Assembly: GCA_036867785.1 (NCBI GenBank)
Contig: CP145424.1
Span: 682,001 to 746,000, forward strand
Direction of reading: 5' to 3'
Source of the DNA: Plasmodiophora brassicae
Taxonomy: Eukaryota
DNA: 64,000 nucleotides
The notes beneath the pieces were generated by a model that was not told where the DNA came from, made no database searches, and saw nothing but the letters and a program-made list of their open reading frames with translations. The translations under genes and the position numbers were made by a program. Positions 48,879 to 59,564 of the stretch are shown here, piece after piece (within the stretch, counting starts at the first letter, position 1; each line of letters begins with the position of its first letter).

Positions 48879-51800
48879 CCGCCAACGGGTTCGCCGGCCA
48901 CCCAGTAAACTCTGCATTGTCATCCGAACCCGACCCTGTTCAAATAAGCGATCTCATGTTTCTCCACGCCCGCTCTGTCCCGCATCTCGTACTTCCGATG
49001 ACCATATACACCGGGTCCGAAAGTATCTCGACAACGGCCTTGATCGACTGTGGCGCGACTAGCAACTTTATCGACTGGTCCTTCGCGCGGCTCCACGTTC
49101 TGCCTACCCGCCCGACGCATCGTCCGATACCTGTCCGCGTTGTCGACGGCCGCCAGCTCGCACCTATATCACAGGAGACTCAGCCGTTGAGAACGACGGT
49201 GGACGCCCAGTTCTCGTGTGAGATCGTCCTGAATCTGATCAATTCGCCGACCTATCCCGTCATCCTGGGTCTGCCCTGGCTAGCCCAGACTAATCCAGAT
49301 GTGGATTGGCGCCGGCGGCTCGTCTCGCCGCGCCAGTGCCCCCCCTCGCCGTCAACGTCAACGCCGACAACTGTGGCGGATCCTGGCCATGCAGAAGCTG
49401 AGACAACCGAGGCAAGCGTGGCTGCGCCACACGACGACTGCCGTTATCCGGCCCTGGACGCCTCTAGTGCAGCTCCGCTCATCGCCCAGGCGCCTGTTAA
49501 CACAAAACAACATCCAGATCCAACTTCCGCACAAGACCTGATCGTGACACCATTGCCGCCTGCGGCCAACGATGAACGCCGGGTGGCAGAGTCCTTGGCG
49601 ACAGCCGCAATTGAGACTCAGGACAAAGCCGCTGGCGACCTGGAAACGGCTGACACCGGTAACACCCCTGCGAACTGCCTCGAGCTCGAATCGTTCCCCG
49701 ACCAGACAGGCTGGCTAACGTCGCCGGCGCGGGAGCAGCGACACAGGCGGGGAGCCGGTCGACGTCTACCAGATTGTCGTTTGGACGACGGTTCCAGGGC
49801 ACGCCAGGTGGTCAGCCTGTTCATGTGCTCATCCATCGTGGCGGCCGCTTGGGCGCTTGCCTTCGTCACTATGTGCCGCGAACCCGCACGCGTCGACCTT
49901 CGTGCTTATCTAAACACGTCATCTGACGACGCCTGTCCGATCGCCCCGCCGAACGCCGGCCCTGACGTTCTAGCCGGAGATGCTCCACAGTCGTCGTGCG
50001 ACGTACGGCCCACGGATTCTAATCAAGGCGACGGGACGCGGATCGACCACGTTCCCTTGCCGGCACCAAGCACTGAAGAACCTCTGGCGGCCAACGTTCC
50101 CATCCATCTAGTCGACGCCGAACCGTTCCTGGACGCACTCATGGACGACGCTCAGTGCTACCTCATCCATTATACGTGGACCGAGGACACCGAGTCAGAG
50201 CAGACGAAGATACCTGAAAAATACCAGGATTTTGCCGACGTGTTCGACGAGGCCACCGCCACATCCTTACCGCCGCACCGCGCCTCTGACTGCTCGATCG
50301 ACCTGAAACCGGGGACGGAGCCTCCATTCTGTCGCCTCTACGGCTTGTCTCCCCGCGAACAGGTAGCCCTCAAGAAGTATTTGGAAGATAACCTCCAGTC
50401 GAACTTCATACGGCCGTCGCGTTCATCTGCCGGCGCGCCGATCCTTTTCGCGAAGAAGAAGGATGGTTCGTTACGGCTTTGCGTTGATTACCGAGGCCTG
50501 AACTCGGTCACCGTGAAGAACCGTTACCCACTTCCGCTCATCGACCAGCTGCTTTCGACACTCGGTCAAGCAACGGTCTTCTCCAAGATCGACCTTCGAA
50601 GTGCGTACAACCAGATCCGCATTCGCGAAGGTGACGAATGGAAGACAGCATTCCGGACACCGTACGGACTGTTCGAGTACCTGGTTATGCCCTTCGGGCT
50701 TGCCAACGCCCCGGCATCCTTTCAAGCCTTCATGAACGAGACATTCAGCGACTTCATTGACCGTTTCGTTGTTGTTTACCTTGACGACATCTTGATTTTC
50801 TCCAAGAATGCTGAGGAACATGAACAGCACGTGCGTTTGGTGCTCGAACGTCTACGCTCCGCGCGCCTGACGGCCAAACTGTCTAAGTGCTTGTTCGACG
50901 CACCGGAGGTCGAATTCCTCGGCTACTTAGTGTCCAAGGACGGCCTCCGGTTGGATCCCAGCCGAGTAGACACAATACTCGCGTGGGCCCCGCCGCGTGA
51001 CCTCCACGGGCTGCAAGTCTTCCTTGGGTTCGCCAACTTCTACCGAAAGTTCATCCCGCATTTCGCGGAGATCGCACTTCCCTTGACGAACCTTACTCGC
51101 GGGGAAACCGAATTTATCTGGAACGAGACTGCTTCGACCGCCTTCGCAACTCTGAAGAGCGCGTTCACACGCGCTCCGGTCCTCGCCCACTTCGATCCTA
51201 GCGTGCCGTGCGAGATTGAAACGGATGCCTCCGACTTCGCCATTGCCATGGTCCTCTCACAACGGGGCCGTGACGGGGACTTACACCCTCTGGCGTTCTT
51301 TTCGAGGAAACTGGACCCCGCTGAGATCCGATATGCGGTCTACGACAAAGAGCTCCTGGCCGTTGTTGCGTCCTTCGAGAAATGGCGCCAGTTCCTGGAT
51401 TCGGATGAACATCAGACACTTGTGCACAGCGACCACCGCAACCTCAAGTACTTCATGACGACCCACAAGCTTAATCCGCGCCAAATCCGATGGTCCCAAC
51501 TGCTTAGCGGCTTCGACTTCATGATTCAGCACCGACCGGGCCGCTTGCACGGTAAACCTGACGCCTTGACGCGCCGCCCGGAGTACGTCCCGACGGCGTC
51601 TGAAGAAGGCATCCTGCAACAATCTCTCCAACTGCTCCCGCTTCATCGCCTAGTTCCGTCCCCCGTGGTGGACGCGTTCACCGTCCACGCGGAGGCGGCT
51701 CCGTCCGAGCCTCTCCTAGACCGTATCCGACGACACCAAGCGAGTGATCCGTTCGTCGCCAAGATTGCCGGTCTGCTCGACCGACCTCAAGGTAGGAAGT

Positions 51801-53194
51801 ATTGCCTGAGAGACGGCCTCCTGTACAAAGGACGCTCCTTGGTCGTCTCCGGAGACGAATGCAAGATCGAGATCCTCCGGCAACTCCACGATAATAGGGC
51901 CTCTGGTCACTTTGGTATCCGCAAAACGCTTGGGCTTGTCCAGCGTGAATTTTGGTGGCCTGGCATGAGGGCCTTCGTCAAACTGTACGTCTCATCCTGC
52001 GACATTTGTCAGAGAAGCAAGTCTCCGCGCCACAAACCGTCCGGGCTCCTGCTGCCTCTTCCCTTGCCGAGTTCTCTGTGGTCATCGATCTCAATGGATC
52101 TAATTGTCAAGCTTCCAGTTTCCGACGGCTACGATTCGGTCCTCGTCGTCGTCGACCGGTTTTCGAAAATGGCCCACTTCATTCCGTGCAAGGAGACCCT
52201 CACAGCGGTCGAGCTGTCCGACCTGTTTTTGCAGCAGATATTCCGCCTGCATGGCCTACCGGACGACATCGTCTCCGACCGGGGGCCCCAGTTCGTGTCG
52301 GCCTTCTGGAAGCACTTACTGGACCGTCTTGGTATCCAACGGAACTTGTCTTCATCCCGGCACCCGGAATCCGACGGCCAGACGGAACGCGTGAACCAGA
52401 TCCTCGAACAATACTTACGCTGCTATGTTAGCTACATGCAGGACGACTGGCTGCAACTTCTGCCTATGGCCGAGTTCGCGTACAACAACGCCGACCATTC
52501 GGCCACCGGCATGTCGCCGTTTTTCGCCAACTACGGGTTTCATCCAAGGGTGACGGAGCCTCGACCCAGGAATGGCCAAGTCTGTAACCCAGCCGCCGAT
52601 GAGCGTGCCGAATTCCTTGAGAAGGTTCGCCGCTACTTGAAGGGCCAACTGCAACGGGCGGTCGACGCTATGAAGCGCTCTGCGGATCGCCGTCGCCGCG
52701 AACCACCACCACTGCAGGTGGGCGATCTCGTCATGCTCAGGCGTGGAACCTTATCGACTGGCCGCCCGTGCGGGAAACTGGATGACCGTCTGCTGGGACC
52801 CTTCCAAGTTGTTCGCACAGTTAACCCCGTCGCATACGAAGTGAAGCTGCCTCCTACCTCGCGCCTACATAACGTCTTCCATGTGTCACAGCTGGAACCG
52901 TATACGCCTAATGTCCTTCCACATCGCCAACAGCCACCGCCGCCGCCCATTGTATTGGAAGATGACGACCAGCCCCTGTTCATCGTTAAGTCGATCTTGG
53001 ATTCCCGATACCGGTCGGGGCGGTTGCAATATCTCATAGATTGGGAAGGATACTCCCCGTCCGATCGCACCTGGGAACCCGCGGGCAATCTCCATGGGAC
53101 AGGAGGCCTGGACCAAGCGATTGCTGAATTTCATGCTCGATATCCCGATAAACCTGGCCCTCGCTCCCGAAACCGGCGGAGACCCAATCGCTAG
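48833..53194 (+). CDS. pol: Pol of nested chromovirus: PR-RT-RNaseH-IN-chromodomain, -1 frame to gag
   Basis: [63 protein letters not shown]; chromodomain [19 protein letters not shown]. Confidence 0.95.
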   Translation: MPETAAGCTGKCPRVTANGFAGHPVNSALSSEPDPVQISDLMFLHARSVPHLVLPMTIYTGSESISTTALIDCGATSNFIDWSFARLHVLPTRPTHRPIPVRVVDGRQLAPISQETQPLRTTVDAQFSCEIVLNLINSPTYPVILGLPWLAQTNPDVDWRRRLVSPRQCPPSPSTSTPTTVADPGHAEAETTEASVAAPHDDCRYPALDASSAAPLIAQAPVNTKQHPDPTSAQDLIVTPLPPAANDERRVAESLATAAIETQDKAAGDLETADTGNTPANCLELESFPDQTGWLTSPAREQRHRRGAGRRLPDCRLDDGSRARQVVSLFMCSSIVAAAWALAFVTMCREPARVDLRAYLNTSSDDACPIAPPNAGPDVLAGDAPQSSCDVRPTDSNQGDGTRIDHVPLPAPSTEEPLAANVPIHLVDAEPFLDALMDDAQCYLIHYTWTEDTESEQTKIPEKYQDFADVFDEATATSLPPHRASDCSIDLKPGTEPPFCRLYGLSPREQVALKKYLEDNLQSNFIRPSRSSAGAPILFAKKKDGSLRLCVDYRGLNSVTVKNRYPLPLIDQLLSTLGQATVFSKIDLRSAYNQIRIREGDEWKTAFRTPYGLFEYLVMPFGLANAPASFQAFMNETFSDFIDRFVVVYLDDILIFSKNAEEHEQHVRLVLERLRSARLTAKLSKCLFDAPEVEFLGYLVSKDGLRLDPSRVDTILAWAPPRDLHGLQVFLGFANFYRKFIPHFAEIALPLTNLTRGETEFIWNETASTAFATLKSAFTRAPVLAHFDPSVPCEIETDASDFAIAMVLSQRGRDGDLHPLAFFSRKLDPAEIRYAVYDKELLAVVASFEKWRQFLDSDEHQTLVHSDHRNLKYFMTTHKLNPRQIRWSQLLSGFDFMIQHRPGRLHGKPDALTRRPEYVPTASEEGILQQSLQLLPLHRLVPSPVVDAFTVHAEAAPSEPLLDRIRRHQASDPFVAKIAGLLDRPQGRKYCLRDGLLYKGRSLVVSGDECKIEILRQLHDNRASGHFGIRKTLGLVQREFWWPGMRAFVKLYVSSCDICQRSKSPRHKPSGLLLPLPLPSSLWSSISMDLIVKLPVSDGYDSVLVVVDRFSKMAHFIPCKETLTAVELSDLFLQQIFRLHGLPDDIVSDRGPQFVSAFWKHLLDRLGIQRNLSSSRHPESDGQTERVNQILEQYLRCYVSYMQDDWLQLLPMAEFAYNNADHSATGMSPFFANYGFHPRVTEPRPRNGQVCNPAADERAEFLEKVRRYLKGQLQRAVDAMKRSADRRRREPPPLQVGDLVMLRRGTLSTGRPCGKLDDRLLGPFQVVRTVNPVAYEVKLPPTSRLHNVFHVSQLEPYTPNVLPHRQQPPPPPIVLEDDDQPLFIVKSILDSRYRSGRLQYLIDWEGYSPSDRTWEPAGNLHGTGGLDQAIAEFHARYPDKPGPRSRNRRRPNR

Positions 53195-53207
53195 AAGAGG
53201 ACTATTC

Positions 53208-53294
53208 TGTGATAACTGAATAAATCCCGAACCCCGCGACGGACTTCGCCAGTCCGTCAAAGCGTTCGTTGCATCAGCTTGCCTGATCGTGACA
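53208..53294 (+). repeat. 3' LTR of nested chromovirus
   Basis: Identical to 47758-47844. Confidence 0.95.
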
Positions 53295-53299
53295 GTCCG

Positions 53300-54689
53300 G
53301 AGCGACATCCTCCGTCTAGTACTAGCCCTGTCCGTCCAAGACAAGGAGATCATCGCCGAGCAGATGGATGTGATGACCGCATTCCTCAACGCCCACCTCA
53401 CCGAAGAGATCTACATGGACTCCCCGAAAGGGATGAAGGCCAGAACCCGTTTCGTCAAGCTCCTACGATCGATCTATGGCCTGAAACAGGCCCCAAGAGA
53501 ATGGTTCAAGGTCATCGACGCCTTCCTCGTTAACGAATGCGGGTTCCAACGAGCCAAGTCCGCATCGTGCTTGTACTTCAAACGTGGTCCAACTGGACAG
53601 CTCGTCATTGTTGGGGTCTACGTCGATGATATTCCCATCGTCGGACATCCCGAACTCGTACAGGAAACCAAGTCAGCCCTCTCGAAGAGATTCAAGATGT
53701 CGGACATGGGAGAGCTTCAATCAGTCATTGGCTTCGACGTCGATAGACAAGGTAGATCGGTGTTCCTGTCGCAAGAACGCTACACGAAAACTATCCTCGA
53801 CACCTACGGCATGGCCGAATCGCGCCCCGTCTCGACACCGGCAGATGCGAACTTGAAGTTATCCACATCACTGTGCCCGCAGAACCAGGCCGATCGCGAA
53901 CTTGCCGCCTTAGAAGGCCAGCGCATCAACTATCGAGCAGCGGTAGGTCACCTAATGTGGCTGCTGCACACCCGGCCAGACATCGCCTATGCGGTGAACG
54001 AGGTCTCCCGATACGTGCAAGACCCAGGGCCAGCGCACTTCGTCGCGCTGAAGCGAGTCTTCAGGTACCTCAACGGCACTCGCAACTACGGCCTCCTGTT
54101 CGAAGGAGGTGGGGAAACGGCCACACCGCTCCTGGTCGGCTACTCCGATTCTGATTGGGGTGGAGACCTCGACACACGACGATCGACTTCGGGGTGCGTG
54201 TTCCTTCTGAATGGCTGCCCGGTTTCATTTCGCTCTAAGAAGCAGACCACGGTCGCGTTATCGTCGTGCGAGGCGGAGACGGTGGCGTCAACACTCGCGG
54301 CAACAGAAGGCGTCTGGTTGCGCAATGTGCTGGACGAACTAGGTTTTCCACAAGCTCAGCCTACACCTCTACACGTAGACAATCAGGGGGCGATCGCGTT
54401 CGCCAACAGCGAAATCAACCACAGCAAGATGAAACATCTCGCGCTCAAGGACCACTTCGTCAGAGAACTGGTGGCATCCAACCAGATCAAGGTGCACTAC
54501 GTCCGCTCGTGCGAGAACCTCGCCGACATCTTCACGAAACCGCTCGGAAAGCACAAGTTCGTAGAATTCCGTGCGGCCCTCAAGTGCGTACCGCATCCCC
54601 ACATGAACTTGGACTCTCAGGTCGAGGGGGGGAATCGGGACACTGGTGCGACCTCGAGTCCGCAGAGTGCCTTAGATCAGCAATCATAG
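53300..54689 (+). CDS. pol: Outer pol, 3' part (copia-type RT and RNase H)
   Basis: QMDVMTAFLNA, LLRSIYGLKQAPREW, VYVDD, TRPDIAYAV, GYSDSDWG..RRSTSG, VALSSCEAE, DNQGAI, ENLADIFTKPL. Confidence 0.93.
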
Positions 54690-54800
54690 GGCGCCTCCCA
54701 CATATACCGCGCAACACTGCCGTACGGCGTCCGTGGCGCACCAATCATACATTCTGCTATCTGGCCTTGTCTGGTCTTGTCCGTGTCCTGCGTGCTAATT
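54633..54800 (+). repeat. 3' LTR of outer element
   Basis: Follows the PPT and is followed by TSD AAACG. Confidence 0.93.
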
Positions 54801-54932
54801 AAACGGCCCTGCACCACTGACCCCATCCAAGTGCAGTATCCTGGCCATACCCCACTGTGTGCGCCTACTATACTGGGCATGCCTTCCGCCGAATCGGCGA
54901 CCACACGGTGTCATCCCAGCACCGTCCGTTAA

Positions 54933-56166
54933 TCAATGGATTCGTTGACAAGTACCAGAAAAGATGTCGGCGCTGATAAGCACAGCGAGAATCAGAAGAG
55001 CCGGAACAAGCGATAGTCGCGTCGTGTCCATCCAAATTTGAACCGGGCTCCATGTCATTGCCCTGGCATCCGTTACTTCTGCATCATCAGGTACTGTGAT
55101 AATGACGTGAGCGGGCACTTCCTCTGGCTTCTTGGCAATGCCAACAACCGATCCCGCGGTGGCAATTTCGTAGCTGGGCGGGTTGTCCCAGATCCAGTTC
55201 AGCAGGTACGCCAGACGCACGCCGCCCTTGGCGAGCTGAACGTCCACGCTGTCCTGGTGCCGCATGTAGTATTCATCGCACAGGTCGAAGCCGTCCACGA
55301 TATCGTTGCCCAATTCGTCCCGGTTGGCACTGGCGGAGAGCAGCGCCGTATCCATCGCCCACAACCGGCTGCATTCGTCGAACGTGCGGCAATCGATCCA
55401 GGATGCCGTTGACCAGTTCCCGGTTCGCACTCGCGTGACAATCGATTCAATGTAACTCGCTTTCGACTTCCTAAACGATGTTCGAATGCGGCGCTGGATC
55501 AGCAGGTCATCCCAGATTTCGTGCAGGTTTGTCTGTCAATCCACAATGACTGATCCAGGCCCCAATTTCGAACGTGCGGATGTACCTTTCGACGGCAGAA
55601 CCGCCCGCGCTCATTGTTTCCTCCACGGTTGTTGCGCGTTGAGATGTGAAGCGGCTAACACAATCACCCGCTGAGTCGTACGAGAATGCACTGTGGCACC
55701 GAGGCGCTCGCGGACCTGATTGATGTCACCCAGGTAGTGGACGAGGAACTTCAGGTCGATGTACGACGATTCAGGATCGGTCCGCGACAGCAGCCTCGAG
55801 GAATAATTGGCAATGGCTGCCGTCAGGCATCGTCCTTTCGGGCAGATGAGGTCGACGTTGACGTGGTGCAACGGAGACGTCCAGCCCCACCCGGCCTGAT
55901 GCTTGATCTTATCGGCCCACGATGCGACATTTTCCATCCGCCCGCCATCGTTCGCCAGCATTGCGCTAACGTCAAACGCAACGTTCTCGTTGAGAAACCT
56001 GCCAACGTTCAACAGATCAAACCGTGAGCCTGCATGCAGCACAACGTGCACGGTCGTACTCGTGTGCAATTGCTGCAGTGATTTCGTGACCGACATGGCT
56101 CCAACCTTCGACATCGACGACACCGAGGGCAATGACCGCCACGACAGCAACGACGACAGCCACCAT
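54933..56166 (-). CDS. S1/P1-family nuclease with signal peptide and C-terminal hydrophobic anchor, multi-exon
   Basis: MVAVVVAVVAVIALGVVDVEG|WSHVGH, ASWADKIK, SPLHHVN, FLVHYLGDINQ|PLH, GGN, NLHEIWD, QLAKGGVRLAYLLN. Tail LSLVPALLILAVLISA. Confidence 0.85.
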
Positions 56167-56541
56167 GGTGTTTCGGTGTGCCGCCCGGCGATCCGGACGC
56201 GCGCATGGGGATGGCCCAAGCAGGGCTCAGTTGCGGTCGCCAAATTCGGCACCGGCAATGGGCCAGCTGCCCAAATTTAGAGCGCCTGGACGTCCGGAAA
56301 TATATTCGTTGCAAGCGATGCCATACGCAGGGCGAAGGTTCACTTTACTACGCCATGCCACGTCCAGTGGAGAAGACATACTATAGAATAAATGTGGCAG
56401 TCTACGCAGCCCTGCGCGCTGGTCGTGATGGTCGACTGGTTCGGCGACGCTCACGGCGCGCCCCCACGGCCGCTGCGCACTGCGCCGCAGTTTTTGGCGT
56501 CGCGCACCGCGGACGACGACGACGACGACGACGGGGGCCAC

Positions 56542-57160
56542 ATGGCTGGCAGTGATGCGCTGTGGATCGTCGTCGTCGGCATGTTCTGGGGATGTGCGTC
56601 GCTGGGACCGTGCTGGGCTGGGTTGACGGGGGGGTCTGACGCGTGCGGGTCAGGCACGAACCCGTTCCTGAACCAGAAGGCGGCGGGTGACGGCGGGGCG
56701 GCGCCGACGAAGCGCCCGGCCTGGCTGCCGGCCCTGTTCGGGATATTCCTCAACTGGAAGGTTGCGTGCGACGTGACAACGATGGACGCAATCCTGACCG
56801 GCCCCTGAAGTTTGTCGTTCCCTACGTCATCAATCAGCTGGGGTCCGTCGTGTACGTGTACACGTTGAAGTCGTCAGGTGGCGCGCACGACGACGATGGG
56901 GTTCGGATGGCGCCACCTGATGTTGCAATCGTCTGCAGACCTATCCATGTCGATGCCCATGTGCAACGCGCTGGCGCTCGTCTTCACTACCGTCACGAGT
57001 CGGTTGATCGGCGAGCGCCCGCTGCCGTTAGGTTGGCCTGCATCGGCGCGTTCCCTCTCGAACGCCAATCTGATCGTCGTCCGCAGGCGGCCTGATCGGG
57101 ACCGCGCTGACCGCCGTCGGCATCTCAATCTGCTTCTATGCGAAGCTCAACGACAAATGA
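56542..57160 (+). CDS. TMEM234: TMEM234-family small membrane protein, multi-exon
   Basis: VGMFWG|GTNPFL, LNWK|FVVPYVINQLGSV, DLSMSMPMCNALALVFT..IGE, GTALTAVGISIC. Confidence 0.8.
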
Positions 57161-57305
57161 ATGCGTATCGTGTTGCCCCGTCTGAAACCCCTCACCTACA
57201 GGTGCCGGCCGGCGGCACGAACGCTGACGATGAACCCGGGGGAGCTTGTCATAACAGGCTCGCGAATGATTGTGTATCGATACTGAGGAATGAACGAGCG
57301 TACGT

Positions 57306-58175
57306 TCAGGCCAGGGCGGCCAGAGCGTACATTAGGGCGCCTGACAGGAGGAGCAACGGGCGGCGAAGCGTCCGTCTCGGTGCCGAGTTTGGACGTTCCG
57401 CCACCCGGTACTCGCTGTCTAGGGCAGACGGCTGTTCGGATAGGCGTGCCGCGCGCTCGTCTTCGTCGCGATCGGGCCGGCACCCGTCGACGCTTGCAAT
57501 GGCCTGCGTGTTCACGAACGTATCGACGGTGCGGGACGACTCGAACCGTGTCGGCGCCGAGTTCCGGTCGAACAGGGTGCACTGTTTCGTGGCCCACTGG
57601 TCGCCTCGCTCGTCCACAGCCAGAGCACAGTCAAAGTCGAACAGCCGCGGCGCGTTCGTGCACAACTCGTCGCAAGACAGGCCGGCGTCGTTCGTCCACG
57701 ACCTGGATCCCGTCGCTTGCATCGACAACGTTGCCGATTTCTGCCCCGTCATGACCAGACGTGCGGTCGCCATGGACGCCAGATCGCCCACCGGCCGCGT
57801 CGCAGGCAGCACCGCCACCTTCTGAGCAGGTCGCCACTCCGCTGCCGGGTCGCTCTTCGCCAGGATCGCCGTGTTCACGGGAGCGTCGCCGGTCGCCGCG
57901 TACTCCCCGAGGCAGAACGGAATGTAGAACAGGTGGCAATGCCCTGCAATTCGACCAGGCCGTGTTCATCGGTCCTGGGTCGTGTCGCGCGCGCTGGACG
58001 TACCTTTGAACCCGGATTCGAACCCGGTGCAGTGGGGCAGCGCGTTGCACTGGGCCTCACAGACGGTACGGTTCCGGTCGATCTGGCTCCAGTGCTCCAT
58101 CCATGGGTCGGCGCGCGTCGTATACGTGTACAACGGTATGTACCTCGTGATGTTCACGTACGACGACGCCATCGC
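57306..58175 (-). CDS. Putative Cys-rich surface protein (PAN/apple-like segments) with hydrophobic C-terminus; 5' end unresolved
   Basis: CEAQCNALPHCTGF and SCDELC..DC...QCTLF patterns, C-terminal LLLLSGALMYALAALA*. Confidence 0.4.
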
Positions 58176-58377
58176 GCGCCAGATACTATTGCTTTTGGTC
58201 CACACGCCCGACCCCACACACACAACCGCATCGACTCACAGGCGTGAGTCAACTCTCGCCCGTCTTGACCCACGCCCCTGCGACTCGACGACACACAGGT
58301 CGCCCATGGGCCGGTTCGGATCACGATGCCGCTGCAATACATTGTGTGGAAACGTTCCAGGAGGGCCTTCCTGCACA

Positions 58378-58653
58378 TTACTGTTTGTTGGGTTTCAGGT
58401 CGGTCATCTCGAGGGTGACCTCGCGGTCCTTGCCCTTGAGTTTGACGTAGTGCTGTGGTGGGCTGTCGACTTGCCGCTGCTGGTTCGCGGCCACGCCCGT
58501 CTTCTGTTTCTCGCAGACGAACTCGGCGCCGCCCAGGTCGTCGTCCTTCGCCTTCGGGCTGGCGTCCTGGTTGACGACCTGCGGGCTCTTGTTCTTCAGC
58601 AGGTTCGCCAGCGTCAAGGCGTCCCGCGCATGCTCGCCAGTACTGTCGCCCAT
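58378..58653 (-). CDS. Small hypothetical protein or exon
   Basis: ~91-codon ORF with genome-typical codon usage. No recognisable motif. Confidence 0.3.
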   Translation of the reverse strand: MGDSTGEHARDALTLANLLKNKSPQVVNQDASPKAKDDDLGGAEFVCEKQKTGVAANQQRQVDSPPQHYVKLKGKDREVTLEMTDLKPNKQ

Positions 58654-58870
58654 TGCCAACCAGGGACGCGCTCACTGCCGCGAGGTCTGCTTCTGACGCG
58701 TGCCCACCGCCGCACGTGAGTCATTGTCCCTTGAATCCAAGCCCACCGAACGGTCACGCGTCGCCGTGCTCGTCCCAACGGCGGAGCCTTGTTCGGCGCT
58801 GGCGCGCGCGCGAAGATACGCACAACGACCGCCTGTTCGTCGTAGATACGATCGATCGCATGCATGCTGG

Positions 58871-59482
58871 ATGCGGACGTCGACAAGGCGGCTGCTGCTG
58901 CTGGTGCTAGCGGCGACATCCGCTGCTCAAATGACACCGCTGTTGACGGAACGGCAGGACAGGAACATGGCGAGGAGCACGACGTGGCGCATAGTGGCGC
59001 TGTCGACACCGGCGACGTTCGCCTGGGATATCAGCGTGCTGCGCCTCGTCGACGCGAACGGGTACGACGTCATCGAGTCGCAGGCCGCGATCGGCATCAT
59101 GTCGTCTGGGTCGGCGGCCGACGAGGGGTACCCCGGGTACGACGCCTGGGGCGCGTTCTGTACGAAGGTCTTCGCGTCAGGGCGCTGCCGCGACCGTAAC
59201 GCGACGCACCTGATGTGGGGCGGACGTGCCGGCCCCGACCAGCAGCGCTGGATCGGGGCCGTCTTCGACAACCCTGTCACCATTCAGGCGGTCGTCCTCG
59301 GGCAACCTCTGGGCCGTCACCACGTCCACGTCGTCGCTGTCCAGCACTTCTCTGACAGCTCATGGCGGACCGCAGCGATCGCCTGCGACGTGCACCCCGG
59401 CACGACCGCCATCATCAGCGTCCTCTCTGTCAACAACCGTGATGCCCGGCAGTGCTCGTTGCACTGCTTCCGGGACCCATGA
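58871..59482 (+). CDS. Small secreted Cys-containing protein, galactose-binding/discoidin-like fold suspected (203 aa)
   Basis: Signal MRTSTRRLLLLVLAATSAA. AWGAF...WGG..QRWIGAVFDNPVTIQAVVL..VAVQ...SWR resembles the F5/8C-type pattern. Confidence 0.55.
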   Translation: MRTSTRRLLLLVLAATSAAQMTPLLTERQDRNMARSTTWRIVALSTPATFAWDISVLRLVDANGYDVIESQAAIGIMSSGSAADEGYPGYDAWGAFCTKVFASGRCRDRNATHLMWGGRAGPDQQRWIGAVFDNPVTIQAVVLGQPLGRHHVHVVAVQHFSDSSWRTAAIACDVHPGTTAIISVLSVNNRDARQCSLHCFRDP

Positions 59483-59564
59483 CCCCCGATGTAGTATCGT
59501 CATGCATACACGCGACTGAGGGCGCGAGCGGCTTCCTGGATCGTTCCGGCAAAAGCCTCATCCA

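Larger units (their letters stand above)
47758..53294 (+). mobile_element. Nested intact Ty3/gypsy chromovirus
   Basis: Identical 87-bp TG...CA LTRs (47758-47844, 53208-53294), TSD GTCCG (47753-47757, 53295-53299), gag + pol ORFs, purine tract AGAAGAGGA at 53193-53201. Confidence 0.95.
44226..54800 (+). mobile_element. LTR retrotransposon, outer element: gypsy-type gag/PR + copia-type IN-RT-RH, interrupted by a nested chromovirus
   Basis: Identical 168-bp LTRs (44226-44393, 54633-54800), TSD AAACG (44221-44225, 54801-54805), PBS 44394-44406, PPT GAGGGGGGG 54624-54632. Confidence 0.93.
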
